Of a stretch of 64,000 bases of DNA, positions 1 through 9,488 are shown in pieces (position 1 is the first letter of the stretch; each line of letters starts with the position of its first letter). Position numbers and translations under genes: made by a program. The notes below the pieces were generated by a model, which was not told where the DNA came from, made no database searches, and saw only the letters and a program-made list of their open reading frames with translations. The DNA lies in NCBI GenBank assembly GCA_965207065.1, contig OZ242260.1, positions 864,001-928,000 on the forward strand, given 5' to 3'. Origin of the DNA: a bacterium. Its GTDB lineage: Bacteria > UBA8248.

Positions 1-270
1 ACCCTGGCGGCCAACATCATCGGTTCGTTCATCATCGGGTGCACCTACGAACTGCTCGTCGCGAAGGAGTTGTTCAGCGAAGAAGTCCGCCTGTTCACGA
101 TGATCGGCTTACTCGGCGGTTTCACTACGTTTTCCGCCTTCAGCCTCGAAACCCTCCTCATGTTCCAGGAGGGTGATTGGCTCCTGGCGGCGCTCTACGT
201 GGCGCTCTCGGTCGCCGGGTGTCTCCTCGCCGTCTGGGCGGGGTTTCAGTTCGCGGCCGCGGTTACATAA
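1..270 (+). CDS. crcB: Fluoride efflux channel CrcB/FluC (5'-truncated by window edge)
   Basis: Frame 1 reads TLAANIIGSFIIG...GLLGGFTTFSAFSLE, containing the GGFTTFS signature; stop at 268-270. Confidence 0.93.
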   Translation, partial: TLAANIIGSFIIGCTYELLVAKELFSEEVRLFTMIGLLGGFTTFSAFSLETLLMFQEGDWLLAALYVALSVAGCLLAVWAGFQFAAAVT

Positions 271-300
271 CGCACCTGAAACTTCCCCGGCGGCGTTTCC

Positions 301-798
301 TCACCTTCTGGCCGGGTAGACCGCCTTGTTGCGATTGTCGTGCCACGGATCGTACCAAAGCGCCTGAAATACCTGACCGGCTCTGATTCCATACAGTCTT
401 TCCCTGGAATTGATCCGCAAGGACACGATGGTTTCAATGTCGTCTTCTTCGATGTCTTTGAGTCTTTTCTTTGCGGTCGAGGAAAGATTCGAAACGAGGA
501 TCGGATGATGGTTGGTGCCTCGCCTTCTGCCGCCGCTCGTCCGATACAACTCGGCCCAGGTCATGGTTTGCCAGTTTGAAATCGTTTCGTCGACGAGCCG
601 CCTGAAATCGATATTCCTGCAAGCCTTCATGCCCCACGGACCATCCCAGTCGATCTTGCCCACGTGCCAGCAAATCACCAAATGATCGTGAGATTCGCTT
701 AATTCCTGACGAACTTCCTTGACGGATTCCCTGCTTGAGGGGCTGGATTGTGGGGGGATTGCTTTTCGCCGCTTACCTCTATACCTGGAGGGAGCCAT
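301..798 (-). CDS. Putative toxin (possibly RelE-like) partnered with Panacea antitoxin
   Basis: Overlaps 3' end of the DUF4065 gene; SLRINSRERLYGIR...LWYDPWH C-terminus; start uncertain (798 or 819). Confidence 0.55.
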   Translation of the reverse strand: MAPSRYRGKRRKAIPPQSSPSSRESVKEVRQELSESHDHLVICWHVGKIDWDGPWGMKACRNIDFRRLVDETISNWQTMTWAELYRTSGGRRRGTNHHPILVSNLSSTAKKRLKDIEEDDIETIVSLRINSRERLYGIRAGQVFQALWYDPWHDNRNKAVYPARR

Positions 799-1210
799 AA
801 TATTCCGCCAGCGATTCATGCGATATAATTTGATCCCCTCTTTCTCTGGTCGGAATACCCTTCCTTGCGTTCATCCATGGGGGTTCGGAATGCGTGAGGT
901 CGCTCAGTTGCTGACCACTGTATTCCCCGTAATGAGCCACCACGACATCAACGGTTTCACACTCGCTCTCGGACAAAGCGTCGGCATTCGCCCGGACCGT
1001 GGAGACATGGAAAAAACCTTGATGCCTTTTGTATAAATCGGGACACACCGGACCATTCGCCCACGCTTGAATCTCTTCGGGAAACAAAGGCTCTTCATCC
1101 CAGACGAGATGCCAAGCCTGCGCGTAATAAACGAGCTTTTGAAGTTTCCACGTCGTGATCCTGCCGGTCTTCGACAGAATATATTCCGCGACACCATAAA
1201 CCAACGCCAT
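779..1210 (-). CDS. Panacea-domain (DUF4065/SocA-like) antitoxin
   Basis: KLQKLVYYAQAW, IQAWANGPV and LSDLTHSEPPW motifs; GGAGG upstream of ATG at 1210. Confidence 0.88.
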   Translation of the reverse strand: MALVYGVAEYILSKTGRITTWKLQKLVYYAQAWHLVWDEEPLFPEEIQAWANGPVCPDLYKRHQGFFHVSTVRANADALSESECETVDVVVAHYGEYSGQQLSDLTHSEPPWMNARKGIPTRERGDQIISHESLAEYYGSLQV

Positions 1211-1475
1211 GCCTTCCTCCCCTTCCGTCTTTCTGTATTCACCCATTCTGGACATGAACATTCAAAATTTCAATGCGCGAATATAATACGATGATAACAC
1301 GAAATTCTCCGTGTGATTATCCCAAAAAATTCCCCGCGCCGCGGGGCAACGGGGACCACCAGGCGAGCCTGATGGGTAGCTAGATAAATATATGAGCAAT
1401 TCCACACCTTGTCCACATTTTATGCACGGATATTCCACGCGCCCGCAAGAAGGCGGATGCGCACCATGCTGCCCA

Positions 1476-2261
1476 TCAGATCGAATACATCTCGCCTCCG
1501 TCTACCTGAAGAGCGGCGCCGGTGATGTAGCTCGCGCGCTCGCTTGCGAGAAAGGCCACCGCCGCCGCGAATTCCTCCGCCTCTCCCAGGCGGCCGATGG
1601 CGATGTCCTTCGTTATCTCGGCGTAGACTTCCTCTTCAGTGCGGCCGCTCTCCGCCGCCATCTTCGCGACGCGCTCGGGCCAGTGGGTGTTGAAGCGCCC
1701 CGGGTTCACAATGTTGACCAGTATGCCGTCTCGCACGAACTCGCCCGCGAGTGATTTCGTGAAATTGAGCAGCGCCGCCTTCGACGCGTTCGACACCACG
1801 CGGCGAGGCCTTGGCTGGCGGCTGCTCGTGGAGCCCGTCATGATGATGCGGCCCCACTTCTGCTTCTGCATGTAGGGGATCACCAGACGGCTGAACTCCG
1901 AAGCCGCGAAGAGAATGCTGCTCATGGAGTAATCCCAGTCCGCGCGCTCCACGTCGAGAAAATCCTTTGTCGTGCTCACCCCTGCGTTGCTCACGAGAAT
2001 GTGGACCGTGCCGAAAAGGGCAACCGTCTCCTCCACCACGGCGGCGATTTCTTCCGCCTTGCTCACGTCGCAGCGCACCGCGCGCACCACGCCTTCCGAG
2101 ACCGACTGGATTTCCTGCTTGGCCGCCGCCAGACGCTCCTCGTTCCGGGCGCAGATGCAGACGTCGCAGCCCTCCCCCGCGAGTTCCCTGGCGACCGCGA
2201 GACCTAACCCTGAGTTTCCACCGGTGACGATGGCGGCTTTACCGTGAAGTCCCAAATCCAT
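1476..2261 (-). CDS. SDR family oxidoreductase
   Basis: TGGNSGLG, NAG, SNASK, PGR and VDGG motifs. Confidence 0.9.
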   Translation of the reverse strand: MDLGLHGKAAIVTGGNSGLGLAVARELAGEGCDVCICARNEERLAAAKQEIQSVSEGVVRAVRCDVSKAEEIAAVVEETVALFGTVHILVSNAGVSTTKDFLDVERADWDYSMSSILFAASEFSRLVIPYMQKQKWGRIIMTGSTSSRQPRPRRVVSNASKAALLNFTKSLAGEFVRDGILVNIVNPGRFNTHWPERVAKMAAESGRTEEEVYAEITKDIAIGRLGEAEEFAAAVAFLASERASYITGAALQVDGGEMYSI

Positions 2262-2373
2262 TTATTCATCCTTTTTTTATGAAAGGCGCCAGAAGCCCGC
2301 GAATGATTGAGAATGCGCATACGCCCCCTTATAATCCAGCGATTCCACCGTTCGCCACCCGAGAGGAGAAAAA

Positions 2374-2646
2374 ATGACGGAGCGCGCTGATTTTCGCCAG
2401 TTCTACCGCGACGCCCATAAAGTGGACCTGCTCACCGACCGCGAGAAAATCCTGATGGGCCTGGCCATCGCCATCGTGCGCAACTGCCAGCCGTGAGTGG
2501 ACCGCCGCCTGGCGGACGCCGGGAAAGCGGGCCTCTCCGAAGAGACGCTCGACGCCGCATTCGACCTGACCGCCGCCGTCATGGCGGGAGTCGCCCAGAG
2601 CATGAACCAGCGCTACAAGGCTTCTCGCAACCAGGGCGATAGCTAG
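2374..2646 (+). CDS. AhpD/carboxymuconolactone-decarboxylase-like probable selenoprotein (CQPU; TGA at 2494-2496)
   Basis: GAGGAG RBS + ATG; reads LTDREKILMGLAIAIVRNCQP-TGA-VDRRLADAGKAGLSEETLD; CMD-like pattern continues past TGA; GC hairpin follows. Confidence 0.8.
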
Positions 2647-2658
2647 AGATCGCCCCTG

Positions 2659-3210
2659 ATGAAAGACTGGTTCAAGCGATTCACGGATTTCGACGACCCG
2701 AACAAGCTCATGCCCTGGAAGGACAAAAGCCCCGAACCCCAGGGGGAGGAGCCTGAGGACCGCCCTGAGATACCCATCAAGCCGGGCTGGTATTTCGTGA
2801 TGTACTTCATCATGGGCGTGGGCTTCGACACCCTGTTCCCCACCTACGCCTTCCCGGAGAACGTACGCTTCACGCTCGGGGTCGGGCTGGTGATTGCAGG
2901 CGCCGTCCTGAATTCGACCTCCCTCGTCTGCTACAGGGACACCCGCACGAACCACGAGACGAACAAGCCCGCGCACGTCCTCATCACGGAGGGGCCCTAC
3001 CGCTTCTCGCGGAATCCTATCTATCTCGGCTACATGTGCCTCTTTCTGGGACTCGGGATTTTCCTCAACAACTTGTGGATATTCGTTCTGGGCGCGCCGC
3101 TCCTCGCCACGGTGCAGGTGGCCATCATCGCGCGCGAGGAGGACTACCTCGCGGAGAAATTCGGCGAGGATTACGGCGTATACTGCCAGAGCGTGCGCCG
3201 CTGGCTGTAG
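2659..3210 (+). CDS. Isoprenylcysteine carboxyl methyltransferase/PEMT family membrane protein
   Basis: GPYRFSRNPIYLG and REEDYLAEKFGEDY...VRRWL motifs. Confidence 0.88.
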   Translation: MKDWFKRFTDFDDPNKLMPWKDKSPEPQGEEPEDRPEIPIKPGWYFVMYFIMGVGFDTLFPTYAFPENVRFTLGVGLVIAGAVLNSTSLVCYRDTRTNHETNKPAHVLITEGPYRFSRNPIYLGYMCLFLGLGIFLNNLWIFVLGAPLLATVQVAIIAREEDYLAEKFGEDYGVYCQSVRRWL

Positions 3211-3610
3211 GGGGAGTTGGAAAGGTCCCTCAATAACAGAGGATTGATTTCTCAATCGAAATACGCTTATCAAATGACTCCCCCCTTGAGGGGAGAGGGG
3301 TCGACTCCGACTTGTAGGGGTCGCATACATGCGACCCATGCGGACGAACCAAAACAACGCTCATCGGCAATTCCCCCACCCAAAACGCGTCTATAACCCC
3401 AAAAGGGCGAATATCAAATCACGGGTCGCATTTATGCGACCCCTACACCACTACTACGTTCTTTCCGGCCAATCGGGCGACCACATGTGGGCGCATGTGA
3501 TTCGTTTTGGGCCGTCATTCCGGCGCATGCTGACAAAAACAAAATCCGTAATCACTCCCCGGTCGACTACACACGCCGAATCACGAATTCAGGGGTTTTT
3601 CAACAATCCC
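3211..3610. repeat. MITE-like element containing a GTAG-type REP doublet
   Basis: Left end resembles 15999-16075; REPs gtaggggtcgcatacatgcgaccc and gggtcgcatttatgcgacccctac; right end ggggtttttcaacaatccc. Confidence 0.65.
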
Positions 3611-3626
3611 TCCAGCGTGGCTCTCT

Positions 3627-3661
3627 CAAAAAAAGAGGCCGCCCCATACGGAGCGGCCCCT
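3627..3661 (-). terminator. Rho-independent terminator of the PPC-domain gene
   Basis: Minus strand ggccgctcc-gtat-ggggcggcc hairpin followed by a T run. Confidence 0.75.
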
Positions 3662-3693
3662 GAACATCCTACTTCCGATTGATTCTCTAAAGA

Positions 3694-4299
3694 CTACCGC
3701 ACGCCCTTGGGTTTGGGGCGCGCCTTGCGCTTCGCCATTGCCTGTTTTATCGCGGCATCGGATTTCCCGTTCGTCTCGATACCGAAGACCTCGCCCACGC
3801 GGGTGTGCTTGTCCATCAGGCGCATGAAGGAGATGTCCGCCAACTCGGCGATGACCATCTCGCACGTGCTGAAGATGGTGCACCCCTCCACCAGATGGCC
3901 GCCGAAGCACGTCGCCTCAGGCCGGCCCATCGAGATGGTGACGTGGGCGTGGAGGTAGGGCTCGCCCGCCTCAGTCTGCGTGATGTTGCCGCTCATCTGC
4001 AGGAGTTCGAGCGGGCCGCCTATGGGCGTGAAGATGCGGCACTCGTCGTTGATGGGGAACGGGTCGGGGAACTGCCAGACGTTTCTGAGCACCGCCTTCT
4101 GCAGGCTCGCCGCCACGCTCAGGATGACGCCCGCCTTCACATTCTTCTCCTGGCATATCTTGAGCGTCGTGCCGAACAGATCATCCCCCGGCGCCATGCG
4201 GACGGTCAGCACGCGGCCGATGCTCGCCTCGGCCACGTCGTAGCGGGCCTTGCGGGTCTTCCAGTTGGAATTATCGAAATTCGGTAATTTTCTCGCCAT
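3694..4299 (-). CDS. PPC-domain (DUF296) protein
   Basis: ELLQMSGNI, HAHVTIS and GGHLVEG motifs. Confidence 0.88.
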   Translation of the reverse strand: MARKLPNFDNSNWKTRKARYDVAEASIGRVLTVRMAPGDDLFGTTLKICQEKNVKAGVILSVAASLQKAVLRNVWQFPDPFPINDECRIFTPIGGPLELLQMSGNITQTEAGEPYLHAHVTISMGRPEATCFGGHLVEGCTIFSTCEMVIAELADISFMRLMDKHTRVGEVFGIETNGKSDAAIKQAMAKRKARPKPKGVR

Positions 4300-4432
4300 G
4301 GATACTCATTCTCCCTGAGAGGCCTCTCGCCTCGTATGTGAAAAGATGCGTTGAGCACGAAAATTTTTCGGGTTTATACCACACAGGATACCGGCGCGCA
4401 TTCCGCGTCCGTGCGAAAGCTGCGAAACAGCA

Positions 4433-5716
4433 TCAACCGCTCGGCGCCTCATAGCGGACTTCCCCGTTCGTGACGGTGCAGACGACGAACGCGCCCGGGT
4501 CGAAAACGTCGCCCAGGTTAAACCCGCCCGTGCCGCGAGGCGGACAGACGACGCAGAAATCGGCCGCGCCGCCGGGCTTCAGGACGCCCATGTTATCGAA
4601 GCCGAGCGCCTCGGCGCCCGCGCGCGTGCACATATCGAGCAGTTCGCTATCGCTTATCTCCGCATCCGAACCACGAAGCGCGCGGGCCTCGTCCAGAAGC
4701 GAGAGGTTGGGGCTGCTCGCCAGGCTGTCGGTTCCCAGGCACAGCTCCAGACCCGCCTCGCGCATGCGCGCCGCATCGGCGAAGGGGTGCTCGAAAAAAC
4801 GCGCCGAGCGCGGGCAAAGACAGACGCGCACCCCGTTCTTCCTGAGGAGCGCCCAGTCTTCCGCGTTCGTCTGGTTCGAGTGAACGGCGAGGGTGAGGCC
4901 ATCGAGCGCGCCCGTGAGATCGAGATGGGCGGCGGGGCGCAGGCCCGAGGGCTTGAAGCCGTGAAGCTGACCGTTCAGCTCATGGTGGACTCTCGCGAGC
5001 ACGCCGCCGCCGTCTTGTAAGAATTCGACCTCATGCATGCTTTCGCCCAGGTGCGTCGCCACGGGCCAGCCTCTCGATCTCGCCTCATCGCGCACGGCGC
5101 GGTAAAGAGCGAGCGAGGCGCTATAGGGCGCATGGGGACTCAGGCCATGCCGCACGGCGTTCGGTATGAGGCCCTTATATTCGGGAAACAGGTCACACGC
5201 CTTCATTTTTTCCGCCAGAACCTCATCCGCCCGCGCAGGGTCGAGCCCCAGCACCTCGTGGAACACCACGCCGCGCATCCCGGCACCCGATATCGCCGTA
5301 GCGCTCTCTCCCGAAGTCGAGACGTCGCCCACACAAGTGACGCCCGCCGCCAGGCTCGCGGCAGCGCCGATCTGCGCAGAAGCCAGAAACAGATGCGCGG
5401 GCCAGCCCCTCATCTCGCGCACGAGGGAGACGATCCAATCCTCCATCGGGCCGGGCTTTCGCTTCAGGCCCGAGAGTTCGAGATGCGTGTGCGCGTTGAC
5501 GAGGCCGGGAATCAGGATAGCGCGCCCGAAGTCGCGCTCTTCGGCCACGGGTTCCGCAGGGCGTACGAATGCTTCTTCTCCTACAGCCAAAACGCGGCCG
5601 GAGGACGTCAGGACAGCGCCGCGCCGGATGGGCGGCCCGTCCACCGGACAGACCAGGTCCGCCACCCAAAGCTCCATCTTCTGCTTTTGGGGCGTTCGGG
5701 GCGATTCCGTCGTCAC
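4433..5716 (-). CDS. Metal-dependent amidohydrolase, probable aminodeoxyfutalosine deaminase
   Basis: PGLVNAHTHLE, SPHAPYS, THLGES and LGTDSLAS motifs; directly downstream of mqnC. Confidence 0.75.
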   Translation of the reverse strand: MTTESPRTPQKQKMELWVADLVCPVDGPPIRRGAVLTSSGRVLAVGEEAFVRPAEPVAEERDFGRAILIPGLVNAHTHLELSGLKRKPGPMEDWIVSLVREMRGWPAHLFLASAQIGAAASLAAGVTCVGDVSTSGESATAISGAGMRGVVFHEVLGLDPARADEVLAEKMKACDLFPEYKGLIPNAVRHGLSPHAPYSASLALYRAVRDEARSRGWPVATHLGESMHEVEFLQDGGGVLARVHHELNGQLHGFKPSGLRPAAHLDLTGALDGLTLAVHSNQTNAEDWALLRKNGVRVCLCPRSARFFEHPFADAARMREAGLELCLGTDSLASSPNLSLLDEARALRGSDAEISDSELLDMCTRAGAEALGFDNMGVLKPGGAADFCVVCPPRGTGGFNLGDVFDPGAFVVCTVTNGEVRYEAPSG

Positions 5717-5729
5717 GGGAGAGGCGTTA

Positions 5730-6821
5730 CTAGATCAGTTCGTAGAAGAAGTTGCGCCGCCTGGGCGTGAAGCCGGCGTTTCGCGCCATGCGGTGGAGGT
5801 CGTCCTCGTTCAGGGCGTAGGTGGTGCCGGCGGCGCTCACCACGTTTTCTTCGAGCATGGTGGAACCCATGTCGTTGCAGCCGTAGTGGAGCGATATCTC
5901 GCCTATCTTCATGCCCTGCGTCACCCAGGAGGACTGGAAGTTCGCGATATTGTCGAGATACAGGCGGCTGATGGCCAGCATCCTGAGATATTCGCTGCTG
6001 CCCACCGTCTGGGCCTTGAGCGGCGCCGCGCCGTCGTTCTGGAACGTCCAGCATATATACGCCGTGAAGCCGCCCGTCTCGTCCTGGAGTTCGCGCAGGC
6101 GGTGTAAGTGTTCGACCCGTTCGGCATCGGTTTCCACGTGGCCGAACATCATCGTGGCGCTGGAGCGGATACCCTGGTTGTGGGCGGCGCGCATGACCCC
6201 GAGCCAGCCTTCCGTGTCGACTTTCAGCCGCGAAATCTTCTCTCGCACGCGGTCGACCAGAATCTCGCCGCCGCCGCCCGGCACGGAATCCAAGCCCGCA
6301 GCATTCAGGCGCGTGAGCACCACCTCGTAAGGCATGTCCTCGAGCCGGGCGATGTGGTGAATCTCGGGCGGACTCAAGGCGTGGAGATGGAGGTCCGGAA
6401 ACTCACTCTTCATCCAGGAGAAGAGCTCCTCGTACCATTCTATACGCAAGTCCGGGTGGTGGCCGCCCTGGAGCAGTATCTGGCGGCCTCCCACGGCGTA
6501 GAGCTCATCGAGTTTCTGTCTTATCTCGTCACGCGTGCGGATATAGGCTTCGGGGTGATCGCCCGGCGGACGGTAGAACGCGCAGAAGGTGCAGTAGACG
6601 TCGCACACGTTCGTGTAGTTGATGTTCCTGTCCACGCAATAGGTGGCGTAGCCCTCGGGGTGCAGTCGCGCGCGCACGTCGTCCGCCGCGGCGCCCAGGG
6701 CGACAAGATCGTCCCCTTCGAGCAGGGCGAGGCCTTCCTCATAAGAGAGGCGCTCGCCCGCCGCCGCCTTTTCAATCGCCTCGTAGAACGCCGTCGTCGC
6801 CGTGGTCATGGGTTTCCTCAA
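5730..6821 (-). CDS. mqnC: Cyclic dehypoxanthine futalosine synthase (radical SAM)
   Basis: DRNINYTNVCDVYCTFCAFYR, PGGGGEIL, QSSWVTQG and MLEENVVSAAG. Confidence 0.9.
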   Translation of the reverse strand: MRKPMTTATTAFYEAIEKAAAGERLSYEEGLALLEGDDLVALGAAADDVRARLHPEGYATYCVDRNINYTNVCDVYCTFCAFYRPPGDHPEAYIRTRDEIRQKLDELYAVGGRQILLQGGHHPDLRIEWYEELFSWMKSEFPDLHLHALSPPEIHHIARLEDMPYEVVLTRLNAAGLDSVPGGGGEILVDRVREKISRLKVDTEGWLGVMRAAHNQGIRSSATMMFGHVETDAERVEHLHRLRELQDETGGFTAYICWTFQNDGAAPLKAQTVGSSEYLRMLAISRLYLDNIANFQSSWVTQGMKIGEISLHYGCNDMGSTMLEENVVSAAGTTYALNEDDLHRMARNAGFTPRRRNFFYELI

Positions 6822-6861
6822 GGTTATCTCAAGCCCTGGGAATAATGCGGGAGAGCCGCGA

Positions 6862-8601
6862 TCAGGTCAACAGATGGAACCGGCGGTGCGAGTCGTTCCC
6901 CCGCCCAAGAGCGACATCGCGGGGATTCTCGATGGCGCGGATGGTGAGAGGCGCGTCGCGGTTTCTCACTTCGATCTGGTGCGCGGGAAAGGCGGAGACG
7001 TCCGCCCCTGCGCGCTCCGCGACCAGAGAGGAGATGACGAGCCGACAGCCGTATTCCTTCGTCAAATCCTGAAGGCGGCTGGCCGTGTTCACCGTATCGC
7101 CCACCGCCGTGAGATACTTCGCCACGCCCCGGCCCATCTCGCCCACCACGGTGGGGCCGGTGTGTATTCCGACGCCAACGCGAAGAGGCTCTTCGAGTTC
7201 ATCGGCGAGCGTCTTGCTCATTTCATCGAGCACGTCCACGATGGCGCAGGCCGCCGCCAAGGCCTGCCTGCAGCCCTCCTCAGGACCCTCCTCCACACCG
7301 AAGAGCGCCATGACGCCGTCTCCCACGAACTGGTTGATGAGTCCCCCCTCTTTGGTGATCGCCTCGCCCATCGCCTCGAAATAGCAGTTGAGGAAAAACA
7401 CGACGTCGTAGGGGAGTTTCTTCTCGGCGATACGGGTGAAACCCCTCAAGTCGGCGAACAGGACGGCCACGCCGCGCTCCTGTCCTGCGGCATAGCCCTT
7501 TTGCGCGAAACCCTGCGCCGCATTCGCTCTGGCGGGCAGCATGAGCAGGACCGAGAGGTCCGCCCCCGGCCGCAACTGGCACGCCAGGCGGACGTCGGGC
7601 GCGGCCTTGATGCGCTCCAGGACGCGCTGCTCCTCAACCTGCGCGGGTGGTATGGCATCCGCCCCGCCCAGCAGTTTCACCCGGCAGGTGGAGCACCGCC
7701 CGCGTCCCCCGCAAACCGAAGCGTGCGGGACGCCTGCGGCGCGGCTCGCCTCCAGCACGGTGGAGCCCACCGGCGCCACGGCCTCCCGTCCGCCCGCGTA
7801 TGCGACGCGGAACGTCTTGCGCATCCGCTCCCGCGCACAGCGCGCTCCCCGCGCGAGGAACACCAGCGCGACCAGTCCCAGATAGCCCCACCAGAGCGTG
7901 TCGCGCGCGAGGTGGAGTTCTTCTCTTTGCGCGCGGTCCGGCATCCCGGTGTGGCGCAGCATATCGCGCCGCCATTCCGCATCCGCCGACAGCCTCGCCG
8001 CCTCGCGCCCGCCCTGGCTGAAGCCCGCCAGCGATAAGGCCGCGACCAGCACCATGACGGACAGACAGGCCGGAAACCACTTCGAATACCAGGACCTGAG
8101 CCGCAGCCAGTAGTGGAGGCCCACGCCGGCGTGCGTCCAGGCGATGAGGAGAAAAATCGTCTGTTTCAAGCCCACGTCGGGCGAGCGCTCCCAATAGAGG
8201 AACATCAGGCGCTCGTAGGTATCCAGCGTGCCGAACCACTCATGGGCCAGGCGCGTGCCCACGACGTGCGAGATCATGAACAGCGGGATGGAAAGGCCCA
8301 GGACTATCTGGGCCCCCTCCCAGAGCGGCATCCTGAGGCTACGGCGGCCAAACAGGCCGTACATCGCAAGCGCCGTATGCAGGATGAGCGAACTATAAAA
8401 GAGCACCGAGCCGGGGACGCTTCGCCAGAACCCCAGGAACCAGAATCTGCCCGCGTCCATCGCAGCGAGCGAGGCCAGACCCAGGGTGTGATTCAAAAGA
8501 TGGGTGATGAGAAAGAGGAAAAGAACGCAGCCGGAGCCAAGGCTCATGCGCCTGCGCCAGTGTTCGACGGATGAGGCCGGGGCAGACGCATCAGAAGCCA
8601 T
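6862..8601 (-). CDS. Membrane adenylate/guanylate cyclase with 2Fe-2S ferredoxin domain
   Basis: TM N-terminus; CGGRGRCSTCR...RLACQ; LFADLRGFT; GDGVMALF; GDTVNTASRL. Confidence 0.9.
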   Translation of the reverse strand: MASDASAPASSVEHWRRRMSLGSGCVLFLFLITHLLNHTLGLASLAAMDAGRFWFLGFWRSVPGSVLFYSSLILHTALAMYGLFGRRSLRMPLWEGAQIVLGLSIPLFMISHVVGTRLAHEWFGTLDTYERLMFLYWERSPDVGLKQTIFLLIAWTHAGVGLHYWLRLRSWYSKWFPACLSVMVLVAALSLAGFSQGGREAARLSADAEWRRDMLRHTGMPDRAQREELHLARDTLWWGYLGLVALVFLARGARCARERMRKTFRVAYAGGREAVAPVGSTVLEASRAAGVPHASVCGGRGRCSTCRVKLLGGADAIPPAQVEEQRVLERIKAAPDVRLACQLRPGADLSVLLMLPARANAAQGFAQKGYAAGQERGVAVLFADLRGFTRIAEKKLPYDVVFFLNCYFEAMGEAITKEGGLINQFVGDGVMALFGVEEGPEEGCRQALAAACAIVDVLDEMSKTLADELEEPLRVGVGIHTGPTVVGEMGRGVAKYLTAVGDTVNTASRLQDLTKEYGCRLVISSLVAERAGADVSAFPAHQIEVRNRDAPLTIRAIENPRDVALGRGNDSHRRFHLLT

Positions 8602-8625
8602 GAAACCAATCTCCAGGCAGGCGGC

Positions 8626-9417
8626 TCAGAGGGGGTTTTTCTCCAGGAATTTTTCCATCTGCGCGATGAAGGCTCCCGGCTGATCCCAGAATACGCTGTG
8701 GCCCGCATCGGGGATGATGGAAGTCGTGCAATCGGGCACGCCCTTCGCATACACTTCACTGAAAGATATAGGACCGGCGTCGTTCTCCCCGTGGCACACC
8801 CAGGTGGGTACGGAGATCTTGTGCAGCTCGTCCCGTAAAACCGGCATTGTGAACAGCGCGTTCGCGGTATCGGCGAACGTCTGCGGCGTGTTCTTGAGAT
8901 ACCGCTCCCTGTACTCCTCGGCCAGAGGACCCTCGCGCAGGCTCTCGGGAATTTCGTCGCGGCGCAGCTTGTATTCGTGCAGCGCTTCCATCCCTTCGGT
9001 TTCGGCCACCTGAAGGTTCTCCTCGAACATCTGCCGGTACGCGCCCGATGGCGGGCCTGCGGATGCGGCGGATAGCATAAGGCGGCTCAGGCGCTCTGGA
9101 TGCTGAATCCCCACCATGGTGCCCGTGCGCCCGCCCATACTCTGGCCGAGATAATCGGTGCGCTCGACGCCCAAGGCGTCCAGAAAACCCACGACGTCAT
9201 CCGCGAAGGTCTGGATGGTGTAGGGGCCGCGCGGCTTGTCCGAATCGCCGTGGCCGCGCAGATCGAGCGCGTACACATGGAAGCGATCCGCCAGCCAGTC
9301 GATGAGGGGCGTGAAGGAGAAATGAGAGTTCTGAAACCCGTGCACCAGAAGAAAGTGCGTCCCTTCGCCTCGTTCGATGTAGTTGATGTCGATTCCGTTC
9401 ACGCGCGCTTTCGGCAA
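8626..9417 (-). CDS. Alpha/beta hydrolase
   Basis: VHGF, DLRGHG, GQSMGG nucleophile elbow, GH catalytic His. Confidence 0.9.
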   Translation of the reverse strand: MPKARVNGIDINYIERGEGTHFLLVHGFQNSHFSFTPLIDWLADRFHVYALDLRGHGDSDKPRGPYTIQTFADDVVGFLDALGVERTDYLGQSMGGRTGTMVGIQHPERLSRLMLSAASAGPPSGAYRQMFEENLQVAETEGMEALHEYKLRRDEIPESLREGPLAEEYRERYLKNTPQTFADTANALFTMPVLRDELHKISVPTWVCHGENDAGPISFSEVYAKGVPDCTTSIIPDAGHSVFWDQPGAFIAQMEKFLEKNPL

Positions 9418-9488
9418 GGTATTTCTCCTTTCGTTTCGCCACTTTGGCCCTTTGGCCGACTCTTTTGTCCTTTAGGCGATGAAAAGTT

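Noticed and set aside
1395-1440. DnaA-box-like words (ttgtccaca)
   Set aside because: Only one near match and no origin context
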